Shown: positions 1 through 22,430 of the stretch, piece after piece
Position numbering within the stretch: position 1 is the first letter of the stretch
How the letters are laid out: each line of letters begins with the position of its first letter
Assembly (NCBI RefSeq): GCF_009914755.1
Contig: NC_060931.1
Reading direction: 5' to 3' (one strand)
DNA from: the human T2T-CHM13v2.0 reference genome, Homo sapiens
Length of the DNA: 64,000 nucleotides
Made by a program: the position numbers and the translations under genes
Notes under the pieces: generated by a model
Database searches by the model: none
Told to the model about the DNA's origin: nothing
The model's input: only the letters and a program-made list of their open reading frames with translations

Positions 1-2
1 TA

Positions 3-353
3 ATTAACCTAATACTAGCCTTAGTAATCAACACCCTATTAGCCCTATCACTAACAGTTATTACATTTTGGCTCCCACTACTTAATATTTATATAAAAAA
101 AATCCAGCCCCTACGAATGCGGATTTGACCTGTTATCCTCCGCCCACATTCCTTTCTCCATAAAATTTTTTCTAATAGCCATCACATTCCCCCTATTTGA
201 CTTAGAAATCGCCCTACTACTTACTACCCTTGCCATAAGCCCTTCAAACAAGCAATCTGACACTAACAAACAGCACAGCCCTTATACTAGTTATCATTTT
301 AGTCCTAGGGTTAACTGATGAATGAACTCAAAAAGGATTAGATTGAACTGAAT
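3..353 (+). pseudogene. MT-ND3: ND3 NUMT pseudogene
   Basis: PYECGFD motif (ccctacgaatgcggatttgac); frameshifted A8 run. Confidence 0.93.
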
Positions 354-420
354 TGGTAGATAGTTTAAGCCAAAATAAATGATTTTGACTCATTAGATTA
401 TGATACAACATATTTACCAA
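354..420 (+). pseudogene. MT-TR: mt-tRNA-Arg pseudogene
   Basis: Sequence and position between ND3 and ND4L. Confidence 0.88.
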
Positions 421-690
421 ATGCCCTCTATTTATATCAATATCATATTAGCATATACCATATCACTTCTGGGGATATTAATCTATCCATCCCATCTGAT
501 AACATCCCTACTATGCCTAGAAGGAATATTATCATTATTCATCATAAATACCCTTATACCTTTAAATATATATTTCACCGTGGCATTCATAATACCCATT
601 ACCCTCCTAGTATTTACAGCCTTACTAGTTTCCATCTCCAACACCTATAGCCTAGACTATGTATATAACCTAAATTTACTTCGATGCTAA
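421..690 (+). pseudogene. MT-ND4L: ND4L NUMT pseudogene, 27 bp shorter than copy 2
   Basis: MPSIYINI...SLLCLEG...LNLLRC*. Confidence 0.94.
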
Positions 691-2053
691 AAATTATTAT
701 TCCAACAATTATACTGCTACCAATAACATGATTCTCTAAAAACTCAATAATCTAAATCAATATGACTATTCACAGCCTAATCATTAGTTTCATTGCCCTA
801 TTATTTATTAATCAATTCAATGACAATCTATTCAACTTCTCATTAACTTTCTCTTCTGATCCACTGACATCACCTCTCCTAATCTTAACAGCCTGACTAC
901 TACCTCTTGTAATTATAGCAAGCCAGTACCACCTCTCCAATGAGTCACCCCCATGGAAAAAGCTCTATATTTCCATATTGATTACCCTACAATTTTCTTT
1001 AGTCATGGCATTCACAGCCACAGAACTAATTACATTTTATATTTCCTTTGAAGCTACACTTATCCCTACCTTAATTATTATCACCCCCTGGGGTAACCAA
1101 CCAGAACGCCTCAATGCAAGCTCATATTTCTTATTTTATACACTAGTGGGATCTCTTCCCTCTACTTATGATACTTATTTATACTCAAAATACCTTAGGT
1201 TCACTGAACATGATAATAATATTTAACACCCAAGAACTATTAATCTCCTGATCAAATAACCTTATATGATTAGCATGTGTTATGGGTTTTATAGTAAAAA
1301 TACCCCCATACGGACTTCACGTATGACTTCCTAAAGCTCATGTAGAAGCCCCTATTGCAGGCTCAATAGTACTTAGAGCAGTTCTCCTAAAACCAGGCAG
1401 CTACGGCATAATATGGCTTACCCTTATCCTCAGCCCCCTGACAGAATATACAGTCTACCCCTTCCTCATGTTATCCTTATGAGGGATAGTTATGATAAGC
1501 TCTATTTGTCTACGACAAACTGATCTAGAATCACTTATTGCATATTCTTCCACAAGCCGTATAGCACTTATTATTATGTCTATCCTCATTCAAACCCCCT
1601 GAAGCTTTACTGGTGCAATTACCCTCAAAATTGCCCATGGACTTCCTTCGTCCTTACTACTCTGCCTAGCAGATTCAAACTATGAGCGAATCCATAGCCA
1701 AATCATATTACCCTCCAGAGGGCTTCAAACACTACTCCCACTAATAGCCTTTTGATGACTTAGAGCAAATCTTATTAACCTTGCCTTACCCCCCACCATT
1801 AATCTAATGGGAGAACTCTTTGTAATGGTGGCTTCACTCTCCTGATCAAACATCACCATTATGCTTATAGGATTTAATATTAATCACAGCCTTTTATTCC
1901 CTATATATACTTATCACAATACAACAAGAAACACATATTACATTAATAGCATTAAACCTTCCTCTACACGAGAAAATATACTAATACACATACACTTTGC
2001 ACCTATTCTCCTATTATCCCTAAACCCTAAGATTATTGTAGGTTTTATACCCT
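684..2053 (+). pseudogene. MT-ND4: ND4 NUMT pseudogene
   Basis: [38 protein letters not shown]; frameshifts. Confidence 0.96.
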
Positions 2054-2252
2054 GTAAATATAGTTTAATCAAAACATTAGATTGTGGGTCTAATAATAAA
2101 AGTCTGCAACTTCTTATTTACTGAGAAAGTATGCAAGAACTGCTAACTCATGCCCCTGTGCCTAACAACATGGCTTTCTCAAGTTGTAGAGGATAAGAGC
2201 TATCCATTGGTCTTAGAAACCAAACATATTGGTGCAACTCAAAATAAAAGTA
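2054..2252 (+). pseudogene. mt-tRNA His (2054-2122), Ser(AGY) (2123-2181), Leu(CUN) (2182-2252) pseudogenes
   Basis: HSL cluster between ND4 and ND5. Confidence 0.9.
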
Positions 2253-4053
2253 ATAATCACGTATTTTTCCATTACTATAATAACCTTAATCTCCTTAACC
2301 TTACCAATTACTACCACCTTAATCAACCCTCACAAGAACTTGGATCCATATTATGTAAAAATATCTACTGCATGCACCTTCACCATTAGCCTCATTCCCA
2401 CAACGTTTGTGTATATAGACCAAGAAGCCATCATCTCAAACTGACATTCAATAACAATCCAAACCCTTAAACTCTCACTAAGCTTCAAACTAGACTACTT
2501 CTCCATAAAATTTATCCCAGTAGCACTATTTGTCACCTGATCTCTTATAGAATTCTTGATATATAAAATCAGATCCTAACATTAATCGATTTTTCAAATA
2601 TTTACTTATTTTCCTCACCACAATATTAATTCTAGTTACCACCAACAACATTTTTTCAACTTTTTATCAGATGAGAAGGTGTAGGAATTATGTCTGGTTT
2701 TACTAACTGGCTGATGACACAGCTGAGCAGATGCTAATACAGCAGCCCTCCAAGCGATTCTGTATAACCGCATTGGCGATATTGGCTTCATTTTAGCTAT
2801 AGCATGATTCCTCTCATCTTACAATACATGAGAACCTCAACGAGCATTTATCCTAAATCCTACCCCTGATCTGCCATTAATTGGCCTTCTCTTAGCAGCA
2901 GCGGGAAAGTCAGCTCAATTTGGCCTCTACCCCTGACCTCCTTCCGCCATGGAAGGTCCAACCCCAGTCTCAGCCCTACTCCACTCTAGCGCTGTAGTTG
3001 TAGCAGGAATTTTACTGCTTATCCACTTCCACCCCTTAATAGAAAATAATATGTTAATCCAAACCCTTAAAATGTGTTTAGGGGCTATTGCCACCTTATT
3101 TACAGCAATTTGTGCTCTAACACAAAATGTGATCAACAAAATCGTAGCATTCTCCACCTCAAGTCAACTAGGCCTTATAATAGCCACAATGGGCAAGAAT
3201 CAACCACACCTAGCATTCCTACACATTTGCACCCACACCTTTTTTAAAGCTATATTATTTATAAGTTCAGGATCCATCATCCATAACCTCAACAATAAAC
3301 AAGATACCTGAAAAATAGGAGGACTATTTAAGACTTTACCCCTTACTTCCTCCTCCCTTATTATTGGCAGCCTAGCACTTATGGCTATGCCTTTCCTCAC
3401 AGGCTTTTACTCTAAAGATCTCATTATCAAAAGTGCAAACACATCCCTATACCAACGCCTGAGCCCTCTCTACTACTCTTATTGCCACCTCCCTAGCAAG
3501 TGTCTATAATATCCAAATTATTTTCTTTGCTCTAATAGGACAATCCCACGTCCCAACCCTAATCAGCATTGACAAAAATAACTCTTCCCTAATAAACCCA
3601 ATTAAATGCCTTATAGTCGGCAGTATCTTCGCTGGGTTTCTCATCACCAATAGCATTATCCCTACACTTCATCCTCCCAAACAACAATATCACCTCACCT
3701 AAAACTCACAGCCCGAGGTGTAACCTTCCGAAGACTCTTACTGGCAATGGAACTTAGTTTTATAACTAATAATCTTAAGATAACATATCCATTACAAACA
3801 TTCAGCTTCTCCAATATATAAGGATTTTACTCAATCACAATTCACCGTACAACCCCTCACTCAAACCTACCTACAAGCCAAAATCTGGCATCACTTCTGC
3901 TAGACCTAATTTGACTAGAAAAGTCCATACCAAAGACAATTTCACAGACCCAACTCAAAGCCTCCATTACCATAACTACTCAAAAAGGCCTAATTAAATT
4001 TTATTTTTTCTTTTGTTATTCCATCCTTCTTAACTTTACTCTTAATTATCTAA
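2253..4053 (+). pseudogene. MT-ND5: ND5 NUMT pseudogene
   Basis: [34 protein letters not shown]; frameshifts. Confidence 0.96.
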
Positions 4054-4569
4054 TCTATTACCCAGAGTAATTTCAACTGCCACATAAATACTAACAATGT
4101 TCAATCAGCAACTACGAACAATCAACACCCATAATTATATAAAGCACCCGCACCCACAGAATCCTGATGCATTAACCCTGGCACCTCCCCCTCAAAAATT
4201 ATTCAACTTCCCACACTAATAAAATTAACTATGATGACCACCCCATCATACTCATCATTCATCAAAGTAACAACAACTCTATTAGTAGCCCCAATAATAA
4301 AGTTTCTAAAACATCAATACTTGATCCTCATGCCTCAGGGTATTCCTCAATAGCCATCACCACAGTATAACCAAAAACAACCATCATCCCCCCCAAATAA
4401 ACAAAAAAGACTATTAGTCCCATAAAAGCCCCACCATAATTCAACACAATAACACAACCTACAGCACCACTAAGAATTAACCCTAAACCCCCATAAATAG
4501 AAGGTTTAGAAAAAAAACCTACAAATCCCGTAACAAAAGAACACTTAATAAGAATAAAGCATATGTCAT
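4054..4569 (-). pseudogene. MT-ND6: ND6 NUMT pseudogene
   Basis: [21 protein letters not shown] on the minus strand. Confidence 0.95.
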
Positions 4570-4633
4570 TATTCCCACATGGGTTATAGCCATGACTAAT
4601 GATATGAAAAACCATCACTGTACTTCAAGAACA
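4570..4633 (-). pseudogene. MT-TE: mt-tRNA-Glu pseudogene with ~6 bp deletion
   Basis: Position between ND6 and CYTB; atgatatgaaaaaccatc. Confidence 0.85.
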
Positions 4634-4636
4634 CTA

Positions 4637-5654
4637 ATGACCATTACATGTAAAACAAACCCACTAATAAAAATCATTAATTACTCATTCATTGATCTCC
4701 CCACACCATCTAATATCTCTATATGATGAAACTTTGGCTCACTTCTTGGTACCTGTTTCTGGCCATACACTAGACACCAGATACCCCAATTGCTTTCTCT
4801 TCTATTGCCCATATTAACCGAGATGTGGACTACGGCTGAAGAGTCCGCTGTTTTCACACTAATGGCCCTTCAACATTCTTCATCTGCCTCTTCCTACACG
4901 TCGGCGGAGGCTTATATTATGGGTCATTCGTACATTTAGAAACATGAAACACTGGCATTATCCTCCTACTCATAACCACAGCAACAGCATTTATAGGCTA
5001 TGTGCTTCCATGAGGCCAGATACCATTCTGAGGCGCTACAGTAATCACAAACCTACTATCAGCCTTCCCATATATTGGAACTGACCTTGTCCCATGAATC
5101 GAAGGTGGATTTCCAGTTTACAAAGCCACTCTTACACAACTCTTCAACTTCCACTTCATCTTACCTTTCACCATAATAGCCCTGACAATTCTCCACCTTT
5201 TATTCCTACACGAAACAGGGTCTAATAACCCTTCAGGAATTTCATCACATTCTGACAAAATCACCTTCCACCCTTACTAAACAACCAAAGATATTCTAGG
5301 TTTAATTTTTCTCCCCCTCATGTTAATAATTCTAGTACTGTTTCTGCCTGACCTCCTGAGCGACCCAGATAATTACCCCTTAGTCAACCCCCAAATACCC
5401 TGCCCCACATAAAACCACAGTGATACTTTTTATTTGTATACACAATCTTACGATCCATCCCCAATAAACCAGGAGTCAATATCTGTTCTGAACCTTAGTC
5501 ACCGACGTATTCACACTCACATGAATCAGAGGACAGCCAGTTGAACATCCTTTCATTACCATCGGACAGATAGCATCTGTGATATATTTCTCTATTATTC
5601 TTGTTCTCATACCACTCACTGCCCTAATCAAGAATAAACTACTTAAATGAAACT
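4637..5654 (+). pseudogene. MT-CYB: CYTB NUMT pseudogene (28 bp and ~95 bp deletions relative to copy 2)
   Basis: [21 protein letters not shown] motifs; stops and deletions. Confidence 0.96.
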
Positions 5655-5791
5655 GCCCTTGTAGTATAATCCAATACACCAGTCTTGTAAAGCAGAAATG
5701 GAGAGTCCCCTCCCTAGGGCAACTCAGAGAAAAAGCATTCCCACTTCACCATCAACACCCAAAGCTGAGATTCTAATTAAACTATTCTCTG
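5655..5791. pseudogene. mt-tRNA-Thr (+, 5655-5722) and tRNA-Pro (-, 5724-5791) pseudogenes
   Basis: Sequence and position after CYTB. Confidence 0.88.
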
Positions 5792-6517
5792 TATTTTTTT
5801 TGGCACGCATTTTTACTACTATGTAAGTCCTGACCATCAGCACTAATACATTAATACTTTTATGTACTTCGTGCATTACTGCTAGTCCCCATGAATATAT
5901 AGAATTATCAATGCTTGATTGTACACAGTACATTCACAGATTGTATGACATTACAAGCTTGCTCCACACACATATAAACAAGTATTAGCAATTTCTTAAC
6001 TATCGTATATAATACTACACTTACACATAGAACTAGTTCCATATGGATATCGACCAGCACTCAAAATTCTTAATATTACATAGTGCATTCATTGGTTCAT
6101 TGGACATAGCACATTTCAGTCAAAACCACCCTCCCAACATGGTTATCTCCTACTAAATTTTGGTCTCTTAGTCTACCAACCTCCGAGAAATCATCATCCC
6201 GCTTGGATGTGTTACCCTCCTTGCTCCGGGCCCATAATACTTGGGGTTGACTATACTGAAACTATACCTGGCATCTGGTTCTTAGCTCAGGGCCATAAAA
6301 CTAAGATTGCCCATACGTTCCCCTTAAATAAGACATCTCGATGGACTAGTGACTATCACCATATTAACCAGACACGGGAGCACTGTCATGCATTTGGTAT
6401 TTTTAACTTTTGGGGATGCTATGACTCACCATGGCAAAAGGCCTTGTCCCCTTGCCATCAGCTGTAGTCATACTTGGATTTGATTTCCACCAAACCAATT
6501 GTAGAAATCACACCTAC
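5792..6517 (+). other. Fossil mitochondrial control region (ETAS and central conserved domain), copy 1
   Basis: tatgtacttcgtgcattactgctagtccccatgaata; catctggttctta; cgttccccttaaataagacatctcgatgg. Confidence 0.92.
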
Positions 6518-6587
6518 TCCTCATGTGATCCACTCAACTCAGCCTCCCAAAGTGCTGGGATTACAGGCGTGAGCCACCGTGTCTGGC
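6518..6587 (-). mobile_element. Alu 5' fragment truncated at the NUMT junction
   Basis: cctcccaaagtgctgggattacaggcgtgagccacc. Confidence 0.9.
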
Positions 6588-6619
6588 ACTTTTTTTCAAT
6601 TTAAAAAAAGATTTTTTTG

Positions 6620-7760
<1,141 letters not shown>

Positions 7761-7794
7761 TATATTTAAAACAAGAAAAAAAAACTTTAAAAAT

Positions 7795-8350
<556 letters not shown>

Positions 8351-8679
8351 GTTCCTCCAAAGCTGCCTGTTCCTTGAGCATGATGTGTAGCAAGGGGAGC
8401 TGGAGTGAGAGCAGCACCGTGGGGAAAGGACAGGACAGCCGCCCTGAGCTGTGTGACGTTAGGCCAAACTCCTCTTCTCCAAGTGAGGTCAACCACACAG
8501 GTGATTTCAGGAGCCCGCGTCTGCTCAGATAGGCTGGATTTTAGCTTTGTAGGTGGATGGGAACCTGTGGGGGTTTAGAGATGCTGGGAGCACCTTTTTC
8601 CTGGGAGAGCTTTCCAAACAGGGAACAAACAGAGCCACTCAGGGCCCCACGGAGGGAGGATCTTACCAGAAGCCCTCAC

Positions 8680-11362
<2,683 letters not shown>

Positions 11363-11575
11363 GCTTTCCACTCCACTGCTTGGCCACCGTCTGCAGGGCT
11401 AAGAGCAGTGCAGGAGGAGGCTGCGGACAGGTCGCATCAGGTACCTGAGACGATCCGCGCCATCTTTGCTGAGGGCGAGTGCCAGGCCTAGAGGGGCGGG
11501 ATGGGCCTGGCGCTGCCCAGTGGGGCCTGTGGCTGGAACCCTGGGCTAGGCCTTTGGGGAAGCAGGACCCTCACT
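11363..11575 (-). promoter_or_regulatory. Decayed GUSB-type 5'UTR/promoter, copy 1
   Basis: YY1-type CGCCATCTT at ~11458-11466 and GC box GGGGCGGG at ~11493; the E-box of copy 2 is missing. Confidence 0.6.
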
Positions 11576-11786
11576 CTCAGCCCCAGCCAAGAAGGGCAAG
11601 GTCGGTTCCCCACCCCAGCACAGTCTGGACGATCCAGGGCTGCAGGCCAGGAAAGAACCCCTGAGATCGGTGGGATCCCCCTGTTTCTTCAAGGAGCACC
11701 TTCTCTTGCTTTCCACAGCAGGAATTTGAGCAGGCCACAGCAGAGCCTCTTCCATGCCTGTTGGATGCAATAGAGTGAGATTCCAC

Positions 11787-12410
<624 letters not shown>

Positions 12411-12469
12411 CTAACACTCCGCAGATCTGGGATGCTGCCCTCCAAGATGTGGTACACGCTGACAGCTTT

Positions 12470-16258
<3,789 letters not shown>

Positions 16259-16499
16259 TGAGCTTTGGCGTAAATAGATGTTAAAAGACAAAGGAAGAGG
16301 AAAAGATCAAGCCAGCTGATAGCAGAACAGGGGAGGCAAATGTGAGTATTAGCTCAGTCCTGGAGAAGAGCTATGCAAACCCTGGATCTCCCTGAACTAA
16401 GACAGGTTCGTTCCTTCTGGTGGGGTCAGAACACATGTGTTCAAGTTCATGGGTGACAGGCACTGGTCAGCTGATTGTGGTTTGGTTAGGGAGAACCTT

Positions 16500-16806
16500 T
16501 TTCCTTTCTCTTTTTTAGAGACAAGGTCTCACTCTGTTGCCCAGCCTGGAGTGCAGTGGTGTGATCATACCTCCCTGCAGCCTCAAGAACTCCCAGGCTC
16601 AAGGGATCCTCCTTCCTCAGCCTCCTGAATAGCCAGAACTGCAGACATTCACCACCACAACTGGCTAATTTTTCACTATTTTTATTTTTTGTAGAGAAGG
16701 GGTTTTGCTATGTTGGCCAGGATGGCCTCCTACCTTGGGATCAAAAGATCCTTCCCTATCAGCCTCCCAAAGTGCTGGGATTATAGGTGTGAGCCACCAT
16801 ACCCAG
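16500..16806 (-). mobile_element. AluJ-like element
   Basis: Diverged Alu consensus. Confidence 0.88.
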
Positions 16807-17053
16807 TGACAGGAACTTTTTAATGCAATTGTCTAAAAACAGATTTCCCACTTAGAATGGGGTGTGCCCCATCAATGGAGTCAGTAGAATTGTCACCACA
16901 GCAATCTTCTGGTTCTCTATTCCAGTTCTCCTTGTGTTATAGGTAGTACAATGATTATTTTAATACTATCTGCTGTTTCACGGACATAAGGCCTTCCTTC
17001 ATTTCTGAGAATAGATTTTTAGACACTCTCTCTGGATCAGCAATTCTGGAGTC

Positions 17054-17495
17054 CCTCTGACTGCTCCTACCATCATGACCCCTAGCCATAATATGATTTA
17101 TCTCTACATTAGCAGAAACTAATGGAGCCCCTTTTGACCTAACAGAAGGAGAATCAGTTAGTCTCAGGTTTCAACGTCAAATATACCGCAGGTCCATTTG
17201 CCCTCTTCTTCATAGCAGAATACATGAATATTATCGTAATAAATGCCCTAACTACTACAATTTTTCTAGGAACATTACACACTATATATTCACCAGAACT
17301 CTATGCTACATATTTCATTACCAAGACCCTCCTCTTAACCTCCCTATTTTTATGAATTCAAACAGCATATCCCCGTTTCGGCTACAATCAACTCACACAC
17401 CTCCTATGAAAAAATTTTCTACTACTTACACTAGCATTCTGTATATGACATATCTCAATACCCATCCTAATCTCCAGCATCCCACCTCAAATGTA
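17054..17495 (+). pseudogene. MT-ND1: ND1 3' half NUMT pseudogene
   Basis: [30 protein letters not shown]. Confidence 0.94.
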
Positions 17496-17702
17496 AGAAA
17501 TACGGCTGACAAAAGAATTACTTTGATAGAGTAAACAACAGAGGATTTCAACCTCTTATTTCTAGAACTATAGGAATTGAACCCACCCCTGAGAATCCAA
17601 AATTCCCCATGCTACCTATCACACCACGTCCTAAGGTAAGGTCAGCTAAATAAGCTATCAGGCCCATACCCCGAAAATGTTGGTTATACCCTTCCCGTCC
17701 TA
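17496..17702. pseudogene. mt-tRNA Ile (+ 17496-17564), Gln (- 17563-17633), Met (+ 17634-17702) pseudogenes
   Basis: IQM cluster. Confidence 0.9.
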
Positions 17703-18738
17703 ATTAACCCATAAGGTCAACTTATTATTTTACCTTACTATTTTTACAGGTACTCTTATCACAATGCTAGGCTCACACTGATTTTTCATCTGAACAGGCT
17801 TAGAAATAAATATATTAGCCCTCATCACAATCTTAGTTAAAAAAACAAACCCCCGCTCTACAGAAACAGACACTAAATATTTCCTTATACAGGCAACCAC
17901 ATCTACAGTCCTCATAATAAGTATTCTCTCCAATAACCTGTTCTCCAGACAGTGAACAATAATAAATACTATTAACCAATTTTCATCCTTAATAATAGTA
18001 ACAGCCTTAGTAATAAAACTAAGGATAGCCCCTTTTCACTTCTGAGCTCCAGAAGTAACTCAAGGAACTTTCCTAACATCCGGTATACTCCTCCTCACAT
18101 GACAAATCTAGCCTCTATTTCAGTAATACATCAAATTTTTCCATCAGTAAACACGAACATCCTCCTATCTATCTCAATCCTACCTATTACAGTGGGCAGT
18201 TGAGGAGGACTTAACCAAACACGACTACGTAAAATTCTAGTCTACTCCCCAATTACTCATATAGGTTGAATAACAGCAGTACTAATATATAACCCAAACA
18301 TTACCACTTTTAACCTATTTACTTCATCTTAACCACCACTGTATTCCTAGCACTCAGCCTGAATTCAAGCACCACAACCCTATCACTATCTCACGCCTGA
18401 AACAAATTAACATGGTTACTATCTATAATTCTATCAATTTTATTATCCCTAGGAAGTTTACCCCCATTAACAGGATTCCTGCCTAAATGAATCACCATTC
18501 AAGAGTTTACAAAAAATAAGTCTTATTATCCCAACCATTATAGCTATCATAACTCTACTCAATCTGTATATTTACATATGCTTAGTTTACTCCACTTCAG
18601 TGACAATATTCCCCACATCCAATAATATAAAAATAAAATGGTAGTTTGAAAACACAAAACCCATATTACTTCTCCCCCCACTTATCATCTTCTCTACCCT
18701 CCTCCTACCAATCTCTCCACTAACGCTACCTATAATCT
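17703..18738 (+). pseudogene. MT-ND2: ND2 NUMT pseudogene
   Basis: APFHFW.PEVTQG and WGGLNQT motifs. Confidence 0.94.
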
Positions 18739-19167
18739 AGAAATTTAGGTTAAGTAAGACCAAGAGCCTTCAAAGCTCTTAACAAGTGAATTATACTTAG
18801 TTTCTGCAAAAAACCTAAAGACTGCAAAACTGTATTCTGCATCAATTGAATGCAAATCAATCACTTTAATTAAGCTAAGCCATGGCTAGACTGTTGGGAC
18901 TTAAACCCATGAAAATTTAGCTAACACCTAAACACCCTAATCAACTGGCTTCAATCTACTTCTCCCGCCTTTGGGGGAAAAAAGGAGGAGAAGCCCCAGC
19001 AGGATTGAAGGTGCTCCTTTGAATTTGCAATGCAACATGAAAATCACCTCAGGACTGCTAAAAAGAGGCCTTGACCTCTGTCTTTAGATTTACAGTCTAA
19101 TGCTTACCCGGCCTTTTTACCTCTGTCTTTAGATTTACAGTCTAATGCTTACTCGGCCTTTTTACCT
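18739..19167. pseudogene. WANCY tRNA pseudogene cluster with OriL remnant (18959-18993) and a 45-bp duplication in tRNA-Tyr
   Basis: Trp 18739-18806, Ala, Asn, Cys, Tyr; cttctcc...ggagaag stem. Confidence 0.9.
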
Positions 19168-19182
19168 TTTCTCACTTCACCT

Positions 19183-20726
<1,544 letters not shown>

Positions 20727-20727
20727 G

Positions 20728-20866
20728 TGAAAAAGGAAGGAATCGAACCTCCACAGACTGTTTCAAGCCAATCCCATAACCTCTACAAGTTTCTCGATAA
20801 GATATTAGTAAAATTATTTCATAACTTTGTCAAAGTTAAGTTATAGGTTAAGCCCTATATATCTTA
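20728..20866. pseudogene. mt-tRNA Ser(UCN) (-) and Asp (+) pseudogenes
   Basis: Position between COX1 and COX2. Confidence 0.87.
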
Positions 20867-21515
20867 ATGGCCCATCCAGTTCAATTAGGTCTTCAAGACG
20901 CTTCATCCCCTACTATAGAAGAACTACTTACCTTCCATGACCACACTCTTATAATTATTTTCCTAATTAGTTCCCTGGTTCTATACATTATTTCTCTAAC
21001 ACAACAAAACTAATTCATACTAGCACCACAGATGCCCACGAATTAAAGACTGTCTGAACTATCTTGCCTGCCATCAGCTTAATCTTAATTGCCCTCCCAT
21101 CCATACGCAGCCTGTATATAACAGATGAAATCAATAACCCCTCTCTCACTGTTAAAACAATTGGACATCAATGGTATTGAAGCTACGAGTACACAGATTC
21201 TGAAGAATTAAGCTTCGATTCTTATGCTTCCGACAGCCGACTTAAAACGAGGAGAACTTCGACTCCTGGAAGTCAATAACTGAACAGTCATCCCAAGAGA
21301 AATTCCCATCTGCATGTTAATCGCACCCAAAGCTCTCCTGCACTCATGAACTACTTCCTCACTACGGTTAAAAACAGATGCAATCCCTGGATGCTTAAAC
21401 ATTGTCTACTATGGACAATGTGCAGAAATTTGTATAAAACCACAGTTTTATACCTATTGTTCTAGAATTAGTCCCATTAAAAACTTTCAAAACTTGGTCT
21501 ACATCTGCACTATAA
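20867..21515 (+). pseudogene. MT-CO2: COX2 NUMT pseudogene
   Basis: [23 protein letters not shown]; internal deletions. Confidence 0.95.
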
Positions 21516-21518
21516 TAT

Positions 21519-21588
21519 CACTGTAAAGCTACCCCAGCGTTAACCTTTTCAGTTAAAGACTGAGAGAAATCACACCTCTCTACAGTGA
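21519..21588 (+). pseudogene. MT-TK: mt-tRNA-Lys pseudogene
   Basis: cactgta...tacagtg acceptor stem. Confidence 0.88.
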
Positions 21589-21795
21589 ATGCCTCAACTA
21601 GATACTTCCACACGACCTATTATTACTGTATCAACAATCATAACTTTATTCTCCATTATTCAATTAAAACTATCAAAGTTCATTTACCACACACCCCCTA
21701 CACCAAAAATAATCAAAACACAAAAACGTAACAACCCTTGACAACTAAAATGAACGAAAATCTGCTCACCTCATTTACTGCCCCGACAATCCTCG
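21589..21795 (+). pseudogene. MT-ATP8: ATP8 NUMT pseudogene
   Basis: MPQLDTST start; overlaps ATP6. Confidence 0.92.
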
Positions 21796-22430
21796 GTTTA
21801 CCCACAGCAGCACTAATCATCTTCTTTCCCACCACACTCCTTCCAACCTCTAACTACCTAATCAATAACCAATTGATTTCTATTCAACAATCACTAGTTC
21901 AACTTGTTCTAAAACAAATAATAATCACACATACTATTAAAGGATGAACCTGATCCCTTATACTAATATCCCTAATTCTCTTTACTGCCTTAGCCAATCT
22001 CCTTGAGTTTCTACCCCACTCATTTATACCAACTACCCGATTATCAATAAATCTCAGTATAGCAATCCCCTTATGAGCAGGCACAGTAATCACAGGCTTC
22101 TAATTTAAAACTAAAAACTCCTTAGCTCACTTCCTACCACCAGGCACACACATTCCACTTACCCCTATACTAGTAATCATCCAAACCATTAGTCCACTTA
22201 TTCAACTAATGGCACTAGCTGTACATTTAACAGCCAACATTACAGCCGGTCACTTACTCATACACTTAACTGGAGGAACCACACTAGTATTATCAACTAT
22301 TAATCTTCCCACAGCTTCAATCACCCTTATTATTCTAATTCTATAGACCACTCTCAAATTCGCTGTGGCCCTTATCCAAACTTGTGTCTTCATGCTATTA
22401 GTAAGCCTTTATTTATATGACAACACATAA
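21750..22430 (+). pseudogene. MT-ATP6: ATP6 NUMT pseudogene
   Basis: [29 protein letters not shown]. Confidence 0.95.

Larger units (their letters stand above)
1..6517 (+). pseudogene. NUMT copy 1 (ND3 to control region), truncated by window start
   Basis: Colinear vertebrate mtDNA gene order with frameshifts and deletions; joins Alu sequence at CACCTAC|TCCTCATGTGATCC. Confidence 0.98.
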
